Shown: positions 47,422 to 48,459 of the stretch, piece after piece
Layout: every line of letters begins with the position of its first letter
Position numbering within the stretch: position 1 is the first letter of the stretch
Origin: Candidatus Eiseniibacteriota bacterium
GTDB taxonomy: Bacteria > Eisenbacteria > RBG-16-71-46 > DASYSL01
Direction: 5' to 3'
DNA: 48,459 nt
Assembly (NCBI GenBank): GCA_031431875.1
Contig: JANPEF010000023.1
Location: 1 to 48,459, forward strand
Translations under genes and position numbers: made by a program
Notes under the pieces: generated by a model
Told to the model about the DNA's origin: nothing
Databases searched by the model: none
Seen by the model: the letters and a program-made list of their open reading frames with translations, nothing else

Positions 47422-48459
47422 ATGACGACCGCGCCCTGCCGCCACCTCCCCAGCCTGATCGCCCTCGTCCTGGTCGCGCTCGCCGCCGCCCTGTCGCCCC
47501 CGCTTGCCCTCGCCCAGGGGACCGGCAAGATCGCCGGATCCGTGGTCGACAAGAAGACCGGCCGTGCGCTCGCCTTCGTCAACGTGGCGATTCCCGAGGC
47601 CCGCACCGGGGCGCTCTCCGACTCCAAGGGTGACTTCCTCATCGACAGGCTGCCGGCCGGCACGTACACCGTGCGCGCCCAGTTCACGGGCTACGCGGCC
47701 GAGGCGAGCGCGGGTGTCGTGGTGCGCGCCGGGCAGACGACCGGGCTCAAGATCGCGATGACCGAGATCGTCGTCAAGTCCGAGAAGGAGGTCGTCGTCT
47801 CGGGCACGCGGCCGCTGGTCGACGTCAAGACCGGCGGGACGATCCGCACCGTGCGCGCCGAGGACATCGAGAACCAGGGGCTGCAGACGATCAACGACGT
47901 GGTGGCCCAGCAGGCCGGCGTCTCGAACGAGGAAAACGTGCTGCGCGTGCGCGGCGGCCGCGGCGACGAGGTCACCATCTTCGTCGACGGCGTGGCGTTC
48001 CGCGATCCGATCTCGGGCGAGAGCACCGCGGGCAAGCTGTCGGCGCGTTCGGTCGCCGAGCTGTCGCTGGTGTCGTCGGGCTTCGCGGCGCGCTACGGGC
48101 AGGCGCTCTCGGGAATCGTCGACGTGCGGCTCAAGGATGGCGGCCAACAGTGGGAGGGCGGGCTCTCGATACAGGGCGGCGCCAACCAGACGCAGTTCTA
48201 CGAGGGTCAGGTGTCGGGGCCGGATCCGTTCTTCGCGGGGTTGCGCAAGGTCGGGGTCGACCTGCCCGGCGAGGCCAGCATCTTCTTCAACCTGTCGACC
48301 GACTTCAGCAACACCTACCTGCCGAACATCCAGGACCTCGATGGCCGGCCGCGCTTGCGCTCGGGGTACGAGGACTCGTTCCTCGGCTTCAAGTGGATCT
48401 ACTCGCCCAACTTCTTCATGCCGTTCGAGGAGAACATCTGGCGCGGCGTCGTCAAGTGG
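47422..48459 (+). CDS. TonB-dependent receptor with N-terminal carboxypeptidase-like domain (partial, runs off window)
   Basis: Not in the ORF track. MTTAPCRHLPSLIALVL...AQGTGKIAGSVVD...LPAGTYTV...EVVVSG...RVRGGR...VDGV...SGFAARYGQALSGIVD plug motifs. Confidence 0.9.
   Translation, partial: MTTAPCRHLPSLIALVLVALAAALSPPLALAQGTGKIAGSVVDKKTGRALAFVNVAIPEARTGALSDSKGDFLIDRLPAGTYTVRAQFTGYAAEASAGVVVRAGQTTGLKIAMTEIVVKSEKEVVVSGTRPLVDVKTGGTIRTVRAEDIENQGLQTINDVVAQQAGVSNEENVLRVRGGRGDEVTIFVDGVAFRDPISGESTAGKLSARSVAELSLVSSGFAARYGQALSGIVDVRLKDGGQQWEGGLSIQGGANQTQFYEGQVSGPDPFFAGLRKVGVDLPGEASIFFNLSTDFSNTYLPNIQDLDGRPRLRSGYEDSFLGFKWIYSPNFFMPFEENIWRGVVKW

Overview
High-GC bacterial chromosomal window. FlgD-Ig/T9SS-like C-terminal domains, a PorU/gingipain-like peptidase, a TonB receptor and C-terminal TWGxIK tails suggest a non-Bacteroidota FCB-group lineage such as Ca. 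Eisenbacteria (inference only). Left to right: (1) 0-14.8 kb, an envelope/protein-maturation block with two tandem paralogous secreted proteins ending in [ST]WGAIKxQY, an operon of two SurA/PpiC-like paralogues flanking a membrane-fused spermidine-synthase-like/TPR protein, a divergent C25 peptidase and a HEAT-cyclophilin; (2) a class II ribonucleotide reductase (nrdJ) with a LAGLIDADG intein at its radical cysteine and a long structured leader, then an orphan adenine methyltransferase and two hypothetical genes; (3) 24.9-36.7 kb, a nucleoside-salvage cluster (PNP, BMP-type ABC importer, tdk, udk, solute-binding protein, RpiB with an encapsulation-peptide-like N-terminus, adenosine deaminase); (4) 36.7-42.8 kb, a divergent pair (8-repeat propeller protein and an AA5 copper radical oxidase with a nested kelch propeller) whose candidate promoters overlap a T10 tract; (5) a second spermidine-synthase-like gene, a frameshifted small gene, argH, a ~300-bp inverted-repeat-bounded intergenic element and a partial TonB-dependent receptor. 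No rRNA, tRNA, CRISPR array or transposase was recognised. All calls come from reading motifs by eye; no database searches were run.
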